64,000 bases of DNA from Trueperaceae bacterium (GTDB taxonomy: Bacteria; Deinococcota; Deinococci; Deinococcales; Trueperaceae), in assembly GCA_965214405.1 (NCBI GenBank), contig OZ243956.1, positions 3,520,001-3,584,000 of the forward strand, in the 5' to 3' direction. The translations under genes were made by a program, and so were the position numbers. This document shows, piece by piece, positions 61,121 through 64,000 of this stretch. Each line of letters starts with the position of its first letter. Within the stretch, counting starts at the first letter, position 1. The notes below the pieces were generated by a model. It did no database searches and was not told the origin of the DNA. It saw only the letters and a program-made list of their open reading frames with translations.

Positions 61121-62452
61121 TTAAGAAAGCAACCAGGGCCGCGCGAGCACCGCCAATCCCAAAAAAGATGCAAACCCAACGATGTCGGTGACCGTCGTCA
61201 GGATGATGTTCGACGACTGCGCCGGGTCCTGCCCGACGCGCGCCATCACCAGCGGGATGGCCGCGCCCGCCACCCCGGCGATCACCAAATTGAGCGTCAT
61301 CGCGGTGGCGATAACCACGCCCAGCGCGGTGTTGCCGCTAAACAAGGCAGCCAGCGCGCCCGCCACCAGTCCTGTTACCACGCCGTTGACGAAGCCCACT
61401 CGAGCCTCCTTGAAAAGCGTCCGGCGCGGGCGGCGCGGGTCTATTTCGTCCAGGGCCAGCGAGCGCAGCATCACCGCCAGGGCCTGCGCGCCCGCGTTGC
61501 CGCCCTGCCCCGCCACGACCGGCAAAAAGGCGGCCAGCACGGTGATTTGCTCGATAAGGCCCGTGAACGCGCCCACCACCGCCGCCGCCAAAAAGGCGGT
61601 CGCCAGATTCACCTGAAGCCAGGGCAGCCGCTTCTGAATCGCAAAGAGCGAGGTCGAGGAGGCCTGCTCGTCCGAGCCCGCGCCGAACATCTTTTGGGCG
61701 TCCTCGAAACCCTCCTCTTGCAGTTCGCTCACGAGCTGCGTGGCGAGGACCACACCCTTGATGCGCTTCTCGTCGTCCACCACGGGCACCGCCAGGAGGT
61801 GCTTCTCGAGCAGCAAATCGGCAATGTCATCCAAGTCGTCATCGGTATACACGCTGATCACGTTGCGGACCATGATGTCGGACAGGAGCGCGGATGAGAG
61901 ATTGAGTACGAGGTCGCGCATCATCAGCACGCCCGACAAGCGGCCCGCGTCGTCCACCACGTACACATAGTTGACGTTGCGGCCCACCAGCGCGAGGCGG
62001 CGGAGGCGGGTCAGCGCGTCGGCGACGGTGGCGCGCTCGCGCAGCGCCACGAAGTCGGGGTCCATGATGCTCCCCGCGGTATCCTCCTCATAGTCGCCCA
62101 GCGCCTCGATTTCTTCGGCGTGGAGGCTCGGCAGCGCGCCCAACAGCGCCTCCTCCACCCCCTCGGGCAAATATTCAAAGATGTCGGCGGCCTCCTCCGA
62201 AGGAAGCTCTCTTACTAAGTCCAGCATCTCGTCGGCGTCGGCCTGCATGAGCATCCGCGCGGCGAAAGAGGGCGAAAACCCCTCCATGACGGGGGCGCGG
62301 TAGGGGTCTTCGAGCGCCAGCACTTCTCTCAAGGCCTCGGCGGGCTCGAGCCGCTCCAACACGCGGGCGGAGTCGATGGGGTGGTTTTCTAAAAAGACGC
62401 GGGCGAGTTCGTCGTGAAGGGTGGGAGACAGGGTGGGGGCTCTGGCAGTCAT
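61121..62452 (-). CDS. mgtE: Magnesium transporter MgtE
   Basis: YEEDTAGSIM, CBS pair, KRLPWL, GGNAGAQ, DPA, TTVTDIVG. Confidence 0.93.
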   Translation of the reverse strand: MTARAPTLSPTLHDELARVFLENHPIDSARVLERLEPAEALREVLALEDPYRAPVMEGFSPSFAARMLMQADADEMLDLVRELPSEEAADIFEYLPEGVEEALLGALPSLHAEEIEALGDYEEDTAGSIMDPDFVALRERATVADALTRLRRLALVGRNVNYVYVVDDAGRLSGVLMMRDLVLNLSSALLSDIMVRNVISVYTDDDLDDIADLLLEKHLLAVPVVDDEKRIKGVVLATQLVSELQEEGFEDAQKMFGAGSDEQASSTSLFAIQKRLPWLQVNLATAFLAAAVVGAFTGLIEQITVLAAFLPVVAGQGGNAGAQALAVMLRSLALDEIDPRRPRRTLFKEARVGFVNGVVTGLVAGALAALFSGNTALGVVIATAMTLNLVIAGVAGAAIPLVMARVGQDPAQSSNIILTTVTDIVGFASFLGLAVLARPWLLS

Positions 62453-62564
62453 GACTCCATTGTGACCCATTCTTGTGACCCATTCTCGCTGGTCTTGTCA
62501 CGGGTCTTGTCACAGGGCGTGGCGGAAGCCTGAGAAGGTGCGCTATGCTGGCTTTTCGAGGCTT

Positions 62565-63806
62565 ATGACGCTCCTCAAACAAGACACCCTTACCCACCCA
62601 TCAGCCCACGCTTACGATGACGCTTTAGGCTGGCTCTACGCCCAAACGCGGGGCGGGCGGGCTCGAGATCCCGAGCGGATGCGGGCGCTTCTTAAAAGGC
62701 TCGAGCTTCCCCAACCCCCGCCAAGCGTTTACCCAAGTATTCATGTGGTCGGCACCAACGGCAAGGGCACCGTGGCCGCCGCCGTCGCCTCGGGCTTGAC
62801 GGCCAGCGGGCGGCGCACCGGGCGCTTTCTCTCGCCGCACGTGGTAGACTTTTGCGAGCGCGTCGCGGTGGATGGACGCCTCATTTCACCACACGAGGTC
62901 ACGGCTTTCGTGGAGCGCGCCGCGGCCCTCAAGCTCGAGCCCCCTCCCGCTTTTTTTGAATGGACCTTGGCGCTGGCGCTAAGTCATTTCGCCAAAGAGC
63001 ACGTCGGGGCGGCGGTCCTCGAGGCGGGCGTGGGCGCGCGGCGTGACGCGACGATAGTGTTGGAAAACGTCTCCACCGTCGTCATCACCAACGTCGGTAG
63101 GGACCATTTGGACACGCTGGGGCCGACCCCCCGTGACATCGCCGGAGACAAAGCGGCGGCGATTCGCCCCGGCGTGCCCGTCGTGACCGCGGCCACGGGG
63201 GAGGCGCTGGCGGTGATGACGCAGGTGGCGGCGGAGCGCGGCAGCCCGCTCGTTACCGAAACGTCGCACCCGGAGCTGTTCACGCTTCCCAAAACCTTTA
63301 CGCCGCGCCACCCGCTTCACGCGCAAAACATGCGTTTGGCTGCCGCGGCTTTGCGTGTGGACGGCAGAGCGGACGAGAACGCCATCTTGTGCGGCCTCGA
63401 GCGAGCGCCCCTACCCGGACGCATGGAGACATTCACATTAAGGGGACGCAGAGTTATCTTAGACGGTGCCCATAACCCAAGCGCGGCGGGGGCGCTCCGC
63501 AAGCTCCTTCCCGCGCCTTTTGTGCTCGTGTTCGGCAGCCTCCCCAAAAAACTTGGTGAGGAGACGCTGGCGGTGCTCGAGCCCCGCGCCCTCCAAACCT
63601 TTGTCACGCAGGCCGACGCGCAAAAGAGCACGGTGGAACGCTCACTCAAAAGGCGCTTTATTAAGGACCCGGTGGAGGCGTTGGGGGCGGCGTTGGACGT
63701 GTGTCCGCCCCATGCGTGCGTCGTGGTGACGGGGTCGCTTTATCTGGCGGGACGGGTGAGGCCTTACCTGGCGGCACATCATCAAGACGTACTCGACCGA
63801 ATTTAA
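62565..63806 (+). CDS. folC: Folylpolyglutamate synthase/dihydrofolate synthase
   Basis: HVVGTNGKGT, SPHV..F.ER, EAGVGARRDAT, LPGRME, ILDGAHNP, TGSLYL. Confidence 0.92.
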   Translation: MTLLKQDTLTHPSAHAYDDALGWLYAQTRGGRARDPERMRALLKRLELPQPPPSVYPSIHVVGTNGKGTVAAAVASGLTASGRRTGRFLSPHVVDFCERVAVDGRLISPHEVTAFVERAAALKLEPPPAFFEWTLALALSHFAKEHVGAAVLEAGVGARRDATIVLENVSTVVITNVGRDHLDTLGPTPRDIAGDKAAAIRPGVPVVTAATGEALAVMTQVAAERGSPLVTETSHPELFTLPKTFTPRHPLHAQNMRLAAAALRVDGRADENAILCGLERAPLPGRMETFTLRGRRVILDGAHNPSAAGALRKLLPAPFVLVFGSLPKKLGEETLAVLEPRALQTFVTQADAQKSTVERSLKRRFIKDPVEALGAALDVCPPHACVVVTGSLYLAGRVRPYLAAHHQDVLDRI

Positions 63807-63909
63807 TAGAGCGTCTTGTAACGAGACAGAGAAGAAATGCGGCTCAGGCTATACTTAGGCACTCGAGTCTCGCAGACTCACGCACTTTTTATTCCCCTTT
63901 GGAGTTTTC

Positions 63910-64000
63910 ATGGCTGGAAAAGTCGGTTTTGTAAGCTTGGGCTGCCCCAAGGCCCTGGTCGACAGCGAGCGCATCCTCACGCAACTGCGCGCGGAGGGCT
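63910..64000 (+). CDS. rimO: Ribosomal protein S12 methylthiotransferase, 5' end (runs off the window)
   Basis: [30 protein letters not shown] with GGAG RBS; not in the ORF track. Confidence 0.9.
   Translation, partial: MAGKVGFVSLGCPKALVDSERILTQLRAEG

Overview
This is a GC-rich bacterial chromosomal segment, most likely Deinococcota (Truepera-like). That assignment is inferred from gene content, the five-domain S1 protein, many apparently leaderless genes and a possible RDRM box before uvrA. It contains a 4-hydroxyphenylacetate/homoprotocatechuate (hpa) catabolic operon interleaved with passenger genes including a PIN toxin-antitoxin (TA) pair. It also has trpBA with an unannotated Trp leader peptide, uvrA, a greatly extended rpsA, sodC, a secreted metallophosphoesterase with an ABC transporter, and chrA. 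Further on are alkA/nth-like glycosylases, a type III PKS-methyltransferase-monooxygenase cluster, a phage-type (Sak4/AAA_24-like) ATPase next to tRNA-Pro(CGG), recX, rseP, an ISKra4-like element between two truncated genes, rqcH, ychF, mgtE, folC and the start of rimO. The most notable signals not shown by the ORF track are five: (1) strong, frame-independent iteration of the palindrome CTCGAG; (2) a promoter, leader ORF and terminator/antiterminator in front of two small helical proteins at 13.3-14.06 kb; (3) a 953-aa S1 with long acidic low-complexity arms; (4) several unannotated gene remnants; (5) many short exact tandem duplications. No CRISPR array or rRNA was seen. All family calls come from motif recognition by eye, not database searches.
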